From: Podarcis melisellensis
Taxonomy: Eukaryota
Assembly (NCBI GenBank): GCA_964234715.1
Contig: OZ174278.1
Strand: one strand, 5' to 3'
Length of the DNA stretch: 64,000 nucleotides
The translations under genes and the position numbers were made by a program. Shown here piece by piece: positions 1-12,657 of the stretch. The notes under the pieces were generated by a model. The model saw only the letters and a list, made by a program, of their open reading frames with translations. It was not told the origin of the DNA and did no database searches. How positions within the stretch are numbered: position 1 is the stretch's first letter; every line of letters begins with the position of its first letter.

Positions 1-82
1 AGTGGTGCTTCAGGTTAAGAACAGTTTCAGGTTAAGTACAGACCTCTGGAACGAATTAAGTACTTTACCTGAGGTACCACTG
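1..82 (+). mobile_element. Right half of a Tc1/mariner (pogo/Tigger-like) MITE, cut by the window edge
   Basis: Ends in ...GAGGTACCACTG followed by TA and is near-identical to the right half of the full copy at 13555-13779. Confidence 0.85.
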
Positions 83-84
83 TA

Positions 85-270
85 ATAGAATTTTAGAATT
101 GGAAGGGACCCTAAGGGTCATCTAGTCTGACCCCCTGCAATACAGGCGTGGCCATCCAACCTCTGCTTAAAAACTGCCAGTGTATGTGAGCTCGTACTGA
201 GAACGTTCTTCCTAATGTTTAGTTTGAATCTCCTTTCTTGCAGTTGGACTCCTTTAGTTTGGTTCCTGCT
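85..270 (-). mobile_element. CR1 LINE 3' end fragment
   Basis: TAGAATTGGAAGGGACCCTAAGGGTCATCTAGTC...CCATCCAACCTCTGCTTAAAAAC is the reverse complement of a CR1-type 3' end and matches the copy at 24517-24733. Confidence 0.75.
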
Positions 271-1163
271 CAGATATTGGGCATGCACAGACTATAGCAA
301 ATGGTAAATAGTACCATTCAGTATATGGGAATGCAAACCTTCATATAGCAATGCAACTGGATAGCACAGCAATTATAAAATGGATATCCCCATTCAGTAC
401 TGAGAAATATGCTTCACCATTTCATGTTTCCTAACTAAATAAAAAATGGATCTCCTTCTGCAGAATGCTGTTGCGACTTTTGGACCCGACACAGACAGTG
501 ACATCTTTTAGCACCAGCTGAAGATCTTTCTGTTTTTCTGGGCATTTCAATTTTAATTCCTTCATCAACTGTTTTTATTTTATTTTATTTGGGCAATTCA
601 TTGGTGGCCATGCTTAGGTTGAGAGCAACGAGTTGGTTTTTCTTAGTTATGGCCCCCATTAGCTTTGTTTTATTGGGTGTTTTTCAAAAATTGTATCACG
701 CGTTGGAATTTTATTTTTGCAAGTCGCTTTCGATTTCTTATGGAAGGTGACTATTTAATTAATTTAACAATTAATAATAATAAACCAGTCTGCTTGCTAG
801 GTGAGAGTGCCTGATTTCCAGTAGAACTTTAAAGAAATTAGTGAAAGATTGCTGAGTTTCTCAGAACCCAGATAAAATTGCTCAAGTCCCTATGTGCATT
901 TTAATTCCTATAAAATTATTCGGCATCTCCAGGAGTTATCTGAAACACTGGAGAGTTGCTACAAATAAACCCTCATTCTTCAAATGGAAGCTATCCTGTC
1001 ACAACCTAGAAACATGTTTTCCGAAACATTTTCAGACGGGGCAAATCATTGCTTTAGCTGAGATGCTGCAGCTACTAGTTCTACCTGGCTGCAGCCCCTC
1101 TAAATAGTATCCTAAACACACTATATATTTCACTAGGACTCCCCCCCCCATATGCGTGAGTTC

Positions 1164-1523
1164 GTTGTTGTTGTTTAGTCGTTTAGTCGTGCCCTACTCT
1201 TCGTGACCCCATGGACCAGAGCATGCCAGGCACTCCTGTCTTCCACTGCCTCCCGTAGTTTGGTCAGACTCCTGTTTGTAGCTTCGAGAACACTGTCCAG
1301 CCATCTTGTCCTCTGTCATCCCCTTCTCCTTGTGCCCTCAATCTTTCCCAACATCAGGGTCTTTTCCAGGGAGTCTTCTCTTCTCATGAGGTGGCCAAAG
1401 TATTGGAGCCTCAGCTTCACGCTCTGTCCTTCCAGTGAGCATTCAGACCCGATTTCCTGAAGAATGGATAGGTTTGATCTTCTTGCAGTCCATGGGACTC
1501 TCAAGAGTCTCCTCCAGCACCAC
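1164..1523 (-). mobile_element. Bov-B (RTE clade) LINE, 5'-truncated
   Basis: Encodes WCWRRLLRVPWTARRSN...KLRLQYFGHLMRREDSLEKTLMLGKIEG (RTE RT C-terminus). It has a (CAA)n tail and the TSD ATGCGTGAGTTC at 1152-1163 and 1524-1535. Confidence 0.95.
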
Positions 1524-2337
1524 ATGCGTGAGTTCACTAGGGTTCAAAAATAAATGGATCAATTAATGCTACTGCATGACTCCTGGTTTCTATTTCTCAA
1601 TACATTTTCATGTAATTGGGCCTATTCACTTTAATCTAGGAGAAAGGCATTCCCTTAAAATTATTGCACAATGAGTGGCAGACTGGTGAGGGAATCCTGT
1701 GAAGTCCTTGAAGAAATAATATATGGCACCAAATGATTGTTTTGTTTTGCACTGAGCAGCCCCTTCTTTGGTAGGGGAAAAGAAAACCACCCCACAACAA
1801 CTCAATAGCTGCTACTTCCAGATTTTTTTTATTTTTTGTGGTAATTAACCCAGATGCACTCAAGTGATGAGTACTCTCCCTAATGACTCTATTGGTTGAA
1901 AAAGGGAACATTTTCCTGTGATCTCCTCTGACAGTATCATCAGGATGTTGTCACTGCAGACAATACCCTTATCTAGCTTCTTTTCAAGTCACCTGATTAA
2001 CTGGAGAAAATAGAAAACAGAAAGAAAAGAGCATGTCCTTGTACTTAGACTGTAAATGTCATGGAAAGGCCAAGGGACCAGTTCCACCTTTCCTTGGCTT
2101 CTTACCTCTGATCCTGAAGAGTTACCTTTCTGGGAAGCTTGATTCCTCAGCTCCACTGCTGCGCACAAAGTGCATCCTCACTCTTCTCAATATATGTCCT
2201 TGCCATAGGTGGAACAACAGATATGCGGTCAGGAAAGGAAACCAACCCAGAACTTCCCCTCCCATTTAGAACCATATAGGTTCATAATTCAAAAGCACAA
2301 TGTTAATTGGATTTCATTTACTGTAAAGGTTTAAAAA

Positions 2338-2398
2338 AAAGGTAAAGGACCCCTGGACAGATAAGTCCAGTCAAAGGCGACTATGGGGTTGCAGCGCT
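2338..2398 (-). mobile_element. Sauria SINE 3' fragment
   Basis: AAAGGTAAAGGACCCCTGGAC...GTCCAGTC...CGACTATGGGGTTGCAGCGCT resembles the tail region of the full Sauria copies in this window. Confidence 0.65.
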
Positions 2399-3285
2399 AA
2401 AGTGCAATAACAGAGCATATCTGCTGCATAAATAACTTTTCTTGGCATATATAATACAGTAGATTTTCACACTTACAGCTTTACAAATCATAACCTATTG
2501 GACAATCCAAATTACAAATAACACAGCAAGGCATAGGCTGGAGCCTGTGGGAAACTGAAGACTACAATCATGTCATTTCAAAATGTCATAGACTGAATCT
2601 TGGGGAGCACTTTGGAATGAGCTTTCAATCCCAAGTGTCAACAGAGCTACTTTTTGCTCCCCAAGACATTGCCTCCTTTTAGTTACTGTAGCTTTTTATT
2701 GAAATAATAGCCCAAATTTTCAAGAGAGAAATGACACCTTTGTGCCTGCTCTTGCTTAGGAAACTTTATGTATTTCATGCACACAATCCCCATCTTTTGT
2801 TCCCTTCTATTCTTCCTCTGCTGTCTCCCCTGCTGTCAAAATTTAGATTGCAAGCTCCTTAGGGTGGGAACCTGGTGGTTGTGGTTGTTTTTTTGTTTTT
2901 GTTTTGCTTATGTTATCCAGTAAAATGCCATATACACTGACAGTGATCTATTAATGATGTGGTTATTTAAGCGTATAGACTGGGATAAAAAGTGTGTTGT
3001 GCACGACTCCAGGTGCTGCTGCACAAAACAGCACTTTTCTGCATTTTATACACTGTTTCGGAGGATACATCATGTGTTGGAACCACATGATCCTAAAATG
3101 AGGGTGTGTCTAATGGGGTACACACCAGATGTTGATGTCCAACCGTCAAGAGTCCCATGGCCAATGGGCAAAGATAGCTGTAATCCAATAATTTATGGTT
3201 ACCACTGTTGATATCTAATCCATCCACCCACACATGCATAGCACGCAGCTTGATCCAATGATTTTACTCAGGGGTAGCTAAGGTG

Positions 3286-3370
3286 ACAGAAGACAGAAGT
3301 GCCTGGCGTGCTCTGGTCCTTGGGGTCACGAAGAGTCGGACACAACTAAACGACTAAACAATAACAACAA
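3286..3370 (+). mobile_element. Bov-B LINE extreme 3' end (85 bp)
   Basis: GTGCCTGGCGTGCTCTGGTCC...GGGGTCACGAAGAGTCGGACAC plus a CAA tail, with perfect TSD AGCTAAGGTG at 3276-3285 and 3371-3380. Confidence 0.9.
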
Positions 3371-3393
3371 AGCTAAGGTGGTTCCCTCTAGAT

Positions 3394-3507
3394 CAGCGGT
3401 TCTCAACCTGTGGGTCCCCAGATGTTGTTGGACTACAACTCCCATCATCCCTGAGCTCTGGCTTTGCTAGCTAGGTGATGGGAGTTGTAGTTCAACAACA
3501 AGAAAGG
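3394..3507. mobile_element. hAT (Charlie-like) palindromic MITE
   Basis: 8-bp TSD CTCTAGAT at 3386-3393 and 3508-3515; internal inverted repeat CTACAACTCCCATCA / TGATGGGAGTTGTAG; right end partly deleted. Confidence 0.85.
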
Positions 3508-4049
3508 CTCTAGATGTTTCTGAACTTCAGTTCTCACCAGCCCCACCCAGACAACTGAGGGAGTTGTAGTCTGAACTACATTGGCTATCCTTGGTATTAC
3601 TACTGCTTGCACCATCAGCTTGTCAGTATTCTGTCCTCATTGGAGGCACATGCACATGACACTCTGCTATACATTCAGTGTCCACGTGAGGGAGGAGCTG
3701 GTCTTCACGCCACATTCTGAGTGGCCACATGTTCGGTGTTAGTGTGAATGGCTGTTGGGCACATGCAGCTGCGACTGGGCCAATTGTGGTACATGCACGT
3801 CCATGTACATTTTTCTACATCACATTTTTTTTCCAATTTATAAACAACAACATTGGAAGAATCCCGTAGCCACTGTGAAGATAACGTATATTTAGGAAAA
3901 GAATTGATACAAATTGGGTAACACAAATTTTCATCACTGGTGATGATACAATGTTTGATTTTCAAATTAGTTGTCATGAGAGGCATCTATTCCATTGGCT
4001 CCTTTCTTTAGATGCTGAATAGATAGAGTATGTATACTGACTGATAGAA

Positions 4050-4400
4050 GGGACGCGGGTGGCGCTGTGGGTTAAACCACAGAGCCTAGGACTTGCCAAT
4101 CAGAAGGTCGGTGGTTCGAATCTCCGCGACGGGGTGAGCTCCTGTTGCTTGGTCCCTGCTCCTGCCAACCTAGCAGTTCGAAAGCATGTCAAAGTGCAAG
4201 TAGATAAATAGGTACCGCTCCGGCAGGAAGGTAAACGCTGTTTCCGTGTGCTGCTCTGGTTCGCCAGAAGCGGCTTATTCATGCTGGCCACATGACCCGG
4301 AAACTGTACACCGGCTCCCTCAGCCAATAAAGCGAGATGAGTGCCACAACCCCAGAGTCGATCACGACTGGACCTAATGGTCAGGGGTACCTTTACCTTT
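4050..4400 (+). mobile_element. Sauria SINE, full length
   Basis: GGGACGCGGGTGGCGCTGTGGGTTAAACC head, B-box GGTTCGAATC, ACCTTT tail, and TSD ACTGAC[T/A]GATAG at 4036-4047 and 4401-4412. Confidence 0.95.
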
Positions 4401-4945
4401 ACTGACAGATAGCTAGTCATAGGGTGTCAAGAGGCTATCTGCTGTCCAGATTTTGGCTTAATGCATGACGGCAACTCAAGTTTCTGGGATCTGAAACTTG
4501 AAACAGGGTAGACAGACAGACACGATACCTGAAATGGAAAGAACAAATCCCCTTGAAATGCAACTTATAATTTTATCTCTCTTTCTCCCCAGGTTGTTCT
4601 TTTTAGCCAAGATTTGTATAGTCACCTGGCAGTGGCATAATCTCTTCCCACAGATTTTTTTAAAACACATTTAATAGCTACTTTATATGCATCTTTTCTA
4701 TGCTGTTGCCACTTCAGATTCTCTGGAGTTTCAAATTCCTTGTTCAGAATTTAAATTAGATATTAATTCTAATGGTAAGAAGTGTGATCTCCTAAAATGC
4801 CATGGAAGAGTATCTATAGAGCTGCATCATAGGAGGCACAAAACATAAACATGAATTATTATATCAAAGCAGGTAATTCATCATAAATGTTCTACTGATA
4901 TGGCGTACCTGGACTGTTTCCATGCAAAGCGGCTGGGTCCTGTTT

Positions 4946-4950
<5 letters not shown>

Positions 4951-4993
<43 letters not shown>
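4951..4993. repeat. (AC)n microsatellite
   Basis: Pure AC run, seen directly. Confidence 0.95.
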
Positions 4994-4996
<3 letters not shown>

Positions 4997-5892
4997 AGAG
5001 ATTCAGTTTTCTATTGATTAATGTCAGTCATAACTGGTTCAGATACATTGATTAAAATCAGATTTTACAATAGACCGATAAACAGGTGTCGCATAAAAAT
5101 ACTTTCAAAGATGCTATAGCAGAATTTATACATTTAGAAAGTGAATCATTGCCTTAAGGGTATTTCCTTTTTATATTTTGACAAGTCTCACCAGTTTTTT
5201 GCTTTTGTTCCCCTCACTCCACCCCCAACTTGGCTTAAAACATTCATTGTCTAATTATAAAAACAGAAAGTTGTATCCTTGAAAAGCCTAAGCTTGCGAA
5301 GGAGTTTGGGTTTTTCGCAGGTAATATTATGACCAGATTCATCACAGTGGAGATCACCATGAGAAGCATTGTTTTCACTCAAAACAGGTTCAATCACATG
5401 ACTTGCCACCCTCATGCATGTGCCCTGGAAGTGCATGGATGGCCATAATATGTTGGCCATCATACCCCTAGTTACAGCTGCAGCTTCCAAGCAGTCAGTT
5501 CCCTGGTCAGCTTTGCTGCTTTACAAGCCATTTGCTCACAAGAAGCACTGCCAGGAGGGATGCTGTGATGGCATCCAAGGATGTGCTGAGCCTCAGCATG
5601 ATGTCCTGAAGTACATCCTTGGGAGGTGTTGTGGACTGGCTCAAAGAGCCGATTCATGGAACCTGTTCAATCCAACAACATGAAGGGTGTTGTCCAAGCC
5701 AGCTCTGTTTTCTACACGAATCCCCTTAATGGCATGTTTTTCTTCATGATTTATAATTCCATGGTTAATATTTTTTTCAAAAAAAACCCCCCTTGTAATG
5801 AAAAGCTGTGCACAAACTGCAATTCTAGATTTATTCTTCACTGTTCTACCTTTCTGCCAAGGGACCAATGGTGGTCCCTGGCCCCTGGTCCC

Positions 5893-6312
5893 AAGGCACT
5901 CCTGGCTTCCACTGCCTCCCGCAGTTTGGTCAAACTCATGCTGGTAGCTTCAAGAACACTGTCCAACCATCTCATCCTCTGTCGTCCCCTTCTCCTTGTG
6001 CCCTCCATCTTTCCCAACATCAGGGTCTTTTCCAGGGAGTCTTCTCTTCTCATGAGGTGGCCAAAGTATTGGAGCCTCAGCTTCATGATCTGTCCTTCCA
6101 GTGAGCACTCAGGGCTGATTTCCTTCAGAATGGAGAGGTTTGATCTTCTTGCAGTCCATGGGACTCTCAAGAGTCTCCTCCAGCACCATAATTCAAAAGC
6201 ATCAATTCTTTGGCGATCAGCCTTCTTTATGATCCAGCTCTCACTTCCATACATCACTACTGGGAAAACCATAGCTTTAAGTATATGGACCTTTGTTGGC
6301 AAGGTGATGTCT
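5893..6312 (-). mobile_element. Bov-B LINE fragment (RT C-terminal part, tail missing)
   Basis: ORF 5838-6302(-) reads PTKVHILKAMVFPVVMYGSESW...RIDAFELWCWRRLLRVPWTARRSN...GRQRMRWLDSV. Confidence 0.95.
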
Positions 6313-6881
6313 AGACAATTTTAAAAAGGCTGAAAGAAGGTCACTTCAGGAGCAGGTGGCTTATGCTCCCTGGCCAGGGCTTCTGTTTGTCCCCAAGGAA
6401 GGCGTTTCCTGAATAGCCTCATGGGCGGTGAGGGTTGGCCTAGCCCAACAGTCCTTTCAGGCTTCTGGAGTTTATGACCATGGCTTCACTTATTAAGAGT
6501 GACTTGTTTGGTCTGCATAAGTTGTCTCTTGTGCCGCATTTAGATTGGCAGCTATACAGTTGGGTAAATAGAATTGCACACGGAACTAGATCTAAAAGTC
6601 TTCGTCAAATAAATACATTCCTCTGCTACTGATAACGCATCAGTGCTGGTGTCAGGCAAGTCTCACTTTGGGAACGCAGTGCCAGGGCTACGGGAGCATC
6701 CAAAAGCCCTTGCGCCACCTTCTCAAAAATCAGACGGGCTTTGGAAAGGTGCCCCTAGTCCATGGGCAAAGGTGTTTGCACAGAAGGGGCCCAGAACAAG
6801 CCTTGTGTGGCTTAAGGTGGTTCTGGGGATTGTACAAAAAATACGTATCTCTTTTCTTACCTGGGCTTGCTAACTCATGGA

Positions 6882-6912
<31 letters not shown>

Positions 6913-9090
6913 CGAGTTCATAGCTGTCAACTTTTTCCTTTTCTTGCATGGAATCCTATTTGGAATAAGGGAATTTCCCTTAAAAATTCGGGGTGTCCTG
7001 GTTTTTACTTTTTGAAATATGGCAAGCCTACCTTACACCAAGTCACAGCATTGTCGTGCCTGGTTAGTTTTTACTGTATGTCCTCAAACTAAACCCAGAG
7101 GAATTCAGAAATCTTACAGATTGGGAACATAAAATGCACTGGATAATACCAGTCTAGGGAATGGAATGAATATTTCAGAGACTTCCTCATGTTTTGTTTT
7201 GTTTTCAGTTGTGGCATGATGTTTGGAGGTGGAATACAACATTAAGTAGGTAGATTGCCAGCAAGGGAATTATTTGCATTCACTCTACATCCTTTTTTCA
7301 TCATTACTGTTTGAAAACTATAGGGTATATCTGGGCACTTCAGGCAGAATGGAAAAGCTGAGCAGTCTCTATTCCTTTACATATCTTATACATGCTTATA
7401 GTGTTTGGGGGGGTGGTAAAGCAGGGCACTTAACCTGCCTTATTCACTGAATTTTTCAAAGGGCCCTGTATTTCAGTAGCTCCTGTTCTTAAAACAATCT
7501 GTCATTTTTTAAAATGGAGGCCGTCATTGTCTGTCATATCATAAATTAAAAATACATTGAGGGGAGCACAACTTGGCGGTGCAACCATTTTCCCCACCCT
7601 GGCTACCCTGGGAAGTGGTCTTTTTAAACATACACCTGAACTTTTTGTGTAATTTGTGGAAAATAACTTCTGGGAAGTACCTGATCTCAGATTAACCCAC
7701 CACAGGAAAGATGTATCCTGGTTGCTAGAGTAAACAGCACTGAAGGGGAGGGGACCCTCCCCTTCAGGGATTTCTGTTGCCTGGTATCCAAACAATTCAT
7801 AGCTCTGACTTCACTCATTAGCTAAAAGCACTAAAATGCAGGAGCAGACAGGCAAGTTCATCTCACAGAAATCACTTTGAAGATTACTTGCACATTTTGC
7901 TTCATAACTTTCCAGATGGGCTAGATACTTGCTTTTGTTTTGTTTTGTTTGTTTGTTTTTAAAAGGAAGCTCAAAGTCTATGGCCCCTAATGTCTGTGGG
8001 CCCAGTACATCAGTACTCATTGTAGCTGCCTCTCATGGCCCTGAGTTCTGAGATACCATGTCTACCAGACTGTACCCTTGTCCTTATTCAAGCTGGGTAT
8101 GCTTCTGCCTGTTCGCAATTGCAATCACAGATGAGAATCCTTACATGCATAGATTGAGAAGGATGTCGAATATCCACCCATTCCCCTTTGTGAATTTGGA
8201 TATTGTGGGATGGTTAAAGAGCCCTAAGAGGTAACTACTCCACATTAAATTATCTCATGTAAATGTCCTGATACAGTAGCCAAGAGGGGAGGAAATGAGG
8301 GGTCAACCACCAGCAGCATTGCGAGGTTGAAGGTGAAATGGGGAGCATCTGTCTTCACATTCTGTTTGAGGGTGTTCCCCTCCCTGAAATGGCAATGTGT
8401 CTTCAGCATATTGATTCTGTGACCCTCTTTAACTATCTGAACTCTCTATTGGAAAGAACCAAATTTAATCTCAATCTGTTTCTAGGATATGTATTATTTT
8501 GTGTTCCCCTGAGAACAGGAAAGACAAACGGTGTGGTAATTGCAGATCATGCAGAGGAAGAATCTGCAGAGAAGTAAAAAGAAAAGAAAATGAAAAGGAG
8601 TGTTGCACAGTGGTTTGCCTTTCAGGGATACCCGAGGTAATGAATGGCAGAAGAACTCCTCACGTGTAATTGAAAAACTGCAAAAATAACAATGTAGAAT
8701 TCATTCCTGCTATTTATTTTTAAAATGCAGCATTTAGACCAGCATAGATCACATCAGACCTATTAGGAAGGAGCAATCTTTGTCTTCTTCTTTTTGGTCC
8801 AGAGGTCTGAAATGTAACTAATATGAAAGCAGAATTAAGTAGCAGCTCATTTGGAAGGCATAATCTGAATCAGAACCTACTAAGGATCAGGCGCAAAACC
8901 TATTTTAACAGAGAACAAATGTGAAGCAATTGTAGGATGTCTGCATTAACAACCCAACTGTGTTTTTTCACAAGTGGACACTGTTCATAACATAATTATT
9001 TTCATCTAGAATTTTCTGCCTTTCGTTTCCTCATGATCTTACTGTTTACATTTCCTACCATAATATGTTCCTTTACTCAGGCTAACATAC

Positions 9091-9166
9091 ATCTGGTGAA
9101 CTGCACTGTAGTCCACAAAAGCGTATGTCATAATAAATTTGTCAGTCTTTATGGTGCCGAAAGACA
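9091..9166 (+). mobile_element. Degenerate Penelope-like (Neptune-type) terminal remnant
   Basis: CTGGTGAA-CTGCACTGTAGTCCAC-AAAAGCGTATG...AGTCTTTATGGTGC parallels the CTGAAGAA-stem-GAAAGCTCATAC...GGTCTTTAAGGTGC layout at 41840-41904; the core is mutated. Confidence 0.5.
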
Positions 9167-9529
9167 CCCAATGTGAAGTATAGTTAATGCTTCTGAGCAT
9201 GTCTAAAGTGCAGTTGTCTCACCACTGAGTAATCACTGCCACTCCCAACCATCTGGGATTAGAAAGTGCTACTTCTTGGTCCAGATCAGAATCCAGGTTT
9301 GAAGATGTCCTGGGCAAAATGACTTCTTATAGGTCCCCTCTTATGTTGATGACCATCCCCCAAGACATGCCTCATCGTACCATCACTACTCCAAGAGTGA
9401 CTGGGATCTGCCATTTTAATTAACCACGAAGCTCTGTAGCACCCAATGTTGTGTCAAACCAAAGCACTGTGGGTAAGGGCATGGTCTGAACATACACAAT
9501 GCAAACACAAAGTATCATGTGTTTCCTAT

Positions 9530-9616
9530 AGTCTGTTGGAAGCTGCCCAGAGTGGCTGGGACAACCCAATCCAATGGCTAGGGTACAAGTAATAAATTAT
9601 TACAATTATTATTATA
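9530..9616 (+). mobile_element. L2-clade LINE extreme 3' end
   Basis: TGTTGGAAGCTGCCCAGAGTGGCTGGG...GGGTACAAGTAATAAATTATT, the same terminus as at 15361-15436 and 30559-30643. Confidence 0.75.
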
Positions 9617-10057
9617 AACAGTTTGCTGGAGCTAAGCAGGTTCATGCCTGGATGGCAGGCTATGGATGGGGGCCCCATGTAAGGTGCTTTGCATTCCATG
9701 ATGGGGGGAAAAGGTGGGAAATAAGAAGAAAGACACATTGGGTTCCTCAGAAAGCAGCTTGGGTATTTAAAACAGGTGGGGTATAAGTATTTAATATAAA
9801 ATGTTAAAAAGTAAAACATAAAAATGGTAGCAAATTAAAATGGAGAGTCACTGATCCAGCTGCCCAACGTGGAGAGCCTAGGAAAGGTGTCAACACTAGG
9901 TGCCAATAGTTGTCTTAAAATGGTGAACGGAAAGAATCATCCATAAAACTTTACTATGTTCTTGTGTTTGCCATGGGTTCTTGCGACCTTAGCAAGACAA
10001 TGGAGAAGCTCCCTTCAATAACGTCAACATCATGACTCTCAACCATGTCTGTCTTTA

Positions 10058-10227
10058 GGGAAGGGCTGCTGCTTGGCGTTAAGAGCGGGTGCTTTGCATG
10101 CAGAAGGTCTGAGGTTTAATCCTCAGCATCTTCAGGAAGGACTTGGAATGACCCTTGCTGCCAGTCAGTAGACAATACTGAGCTAAAATGGGCATATGGT
10201 GTGAGTTTAAGGCAGCTTCTGGTGTCT
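10058..10227 (+). mobile_element. Diverged tRNA-derived SINE (tRNA-Ala-like head, possibly Squam2-like)
   Basis: GCTTTGCATGCAGAAGGTCTGAGGTTTAATCC tRNA-like arm followed by the body GCTGCCAGTCAGTAGACAATACTGAGCTA...AAGGCAGCTTC. Confidence 0.6.
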
Positions 10228-11601
10228 CTAAAAATAATGAGAATTCACAGGTCCCTTTGTGGCAAAGCACAGATTTTTCACATGTATTTTAGGTACCAAG
10301 TCTGCACAAATCTTATGGACAGAACCATACTGTTTGCCCAAAAGGCCAGCAAAAGGATTCCCAAGCCTTTTAGGTTGAAATCCTATGCGTGCTTTCTTTA
10401 ACAGAGGAGTACACCACACTGAAATTAATGGGATTTTCTATATTAGACTCTAGCCTCTAACATATGCTACTACACCGAATCAGTATTTCTGCGACAGCCT
10501 GAGTGTGCTTCTCAAATACTACTGAGAAATAAAAAAAGATTAGCGTAGTAAAACAATTTTCATTCTAATCCAATGTAAATAAAATAATGTTTCTCAAAAT
10601 GATAGGTCCTCGAGGGACATGATATAAACTGGTAAAGGAAAAATGAGTATTGGTTTAATTGGCTTTTTAATGATCTCCTGTTTCTTCTTTTTGATATCAA
10701 AATCCGAATGGAAAGGTTCATCTAACTATACATTTAAGGCTTTTAAAGGCTCCATTACAAGACTTATTATGCTAAAAGAAACATACCTGGCATGCTGCAG
10801 GTTTCTAAATGTATCACTGATGCATGTAATGATTCACTTAAACCATCATGGTCAGAATTCTTTTGCATTATTTCCATGTAAATTGGATGCTTTCACAATT
10901 ACTATAATATGTGTGAAATTCCACTTATTATTTCTTTTAACATGAAACTTTTATCACTTAACTTAAACTCACTGGACAGAATATTTGAACCATTTGCAAT
11001 CATTAGAGCATTTTTGTTTGGTCAAAACCCTTCTGGGATTATATTTTTGTGGTGGGGGGAGGGGTGGAGATAGGGAGAAGTAGAATGAATTACATTTTAT
11101 GTAATGGAATGGCAATTTTAAATATATGAAAGGGCATCTGGAGTACTAGTCATTATACACAGATCCCGTGTTATACTTTTTATCTATTGTGGACTTGTTC
11201 CATCTTTCTCTCTCTCTCGTCTTCAAGAGCTTTACTTTGAGCATGTAACACAATAAAAAAAGATGAAATTTAGTCAGTAGGTGATCTAGCAGGCTTTCAG
11301 TTTCTAGAAGACAATCCAAGCTCTCCCACAAGCCAACCCTATGCTCTGTTGTAAGGACATAGATTCCAAATGTAGACTCTGAGAGAGCTGGTCCAAATGG
11401 ACCTCTCATCTTGTCACCTCATTACTGGGAGACAAGAACAATTATGATTTCCATATGCTTTGCCACAAGGTCCCAGGCCAGGTCACAGCAATTTAAAATA
11501 CAACATGAAAGACAGTTTAAAACAAATTACACAGCTTAGTCTTCTGCCCTGGGCTGACATAGCAGCAACCTCTGGTACCCCTGCCCTGGTACTCTAGGGT
11601 A

Positions 11602-11951
11602 AAGGTAAAGGGACCCCTGACCATTAGGTCCAGTTGTGGCCGACTCTGGGATTGCGGCGCTCATCTCGCTTTATTGGCCAAGGGAGCTGGCGTACAGCTT
11701 CCGGCTCATGTGGCCAGCATGACTAAGCCTCTTCTGGCGAACCAGAGCAGCGCACGGAAATGCCGCTTACCTTCCCACCGGAGCATTACCTATTTATCTA
11801 CTCACACTCTGACGTGCTTTCAAACTGCTAGGTTGGCAGGTGCAGGGACCAAGCAACAGGAGCTCACTCCATCACGGGGATTCGAACCGCCGACCTTCTG
11901 ATCGGCAAGTCCTAGGCTCTGTTGTTTAACCCACAGCGCCACCCGCGTCCC
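11602..11951 (-). mobile_element. Sauria SINE, full length
   Basis: Reverse-complement homologue of 4050-4400 with a perfect 13-bp TSD GTACTCTAGGGTA at 11589-11601 and 11952-11964. Confidence 0.95.
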
Positions 11952-12411
11952 GTACTCTAGGGTAGTGGTAATCAAACTTTCTACCCTTTGAAGGCTACAG
12001 GGAACTCAGTTCATATAGACCTTACAAGCTGAGAAATCCCACCACTTATTCCACAGAAATTCTAAATGCTGACATAGATACTTGGGCATCTTTCATATTG
12101 GTTCCCATGCATACCGACTGGGCATGTCAGAAAGGTGCCCTCAGCCACCCCCAACCTACCTGTCTTCTATCCAATCCAGGGGGTGGCACTGGTTGTCAGC
12201 TTGTCCTCCTTGCTCTCAATGTTGCGTTTGTTGACCTTAGCAGGGAGGAAAATGGGGACAAAAGTAGAATTAGTTGGCTCGGCCTGCTATTGGCTCTGGC
12301 TCCACCTACTCTTTGGGCTCCCTGCCTTCCACCTTACCAGCCTCAACGAGTGATGCACATCAGCACACATCAGCATTTTACAGCAACAGAATGGCAAGGG
12401 AGGGGCACACT

Positions 12412-12657
12412 GAGAGCCAGTGTGGTGTAGTGGTTAAGAGCGGTAGACTCGTAATCTGGTGAACCGGGTTCGTGTCTCCGCTCCTCCACATGCAGCTGCT
12501 GGGTGACCTTTGGCTAGTCACACTTCTGTGAAGTCTCTCAGCCCCACTCATCTCACAGAGTGTTTGTTGTGGGGGAGGAAGGGAAAGGAGAATGTTAGCC
12601 GCTTTGAGACTCCTTTGGGTAGTGATAAAGCGGGATATCAAATCCAAACTCTTCTTT
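12412..12657 (+). mobile_element. tRNA-derived SINE, Squam3-like
   Basis: Starts GAGAGCCAGTGTGGTGTAGTGGTTAAGAGC (A box), then GGGTTCGTGTC (B box), a CORE-like GGGTGACCTTTGGCTAGTCAC, an L2-like 3' end and a short CTT tail. Confidence 0.8.

Larger units (their letters stand above)
3269..3593. mobile_element. Old hAT-type MITE hosting two younger insertions
   Basis: Ends CAGGGGTAGCTAA / TTGGCTATCCTTG are imperfect inverted repeats, and the sequence is continuous once the two inserts are removed. Confidence 0.55.

Noticed and set aside
5626-6324. Longest ORF in the track (232 aa, plus strand)
   Set aside because: It is mostly the antisense frame of the Bov-B fragment; the same antisense peptide recurs at 1203 and 34126.
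8626-8636. Possible 11-nt microexon (TTTGCCTTTCAG|GGATACCCGAG|GTAATG)
   Set aside because: The length is not a multiple of 3 and the upstream sequence is purine-rich rather than a polypyrimidine tract; there is no other support.
12412-12490. tRNA-like sequence
   Set aside because: It continues into a SINE body and tail and has no proper acceptor stem, so it is a SINE head rather than a tRNA gene.
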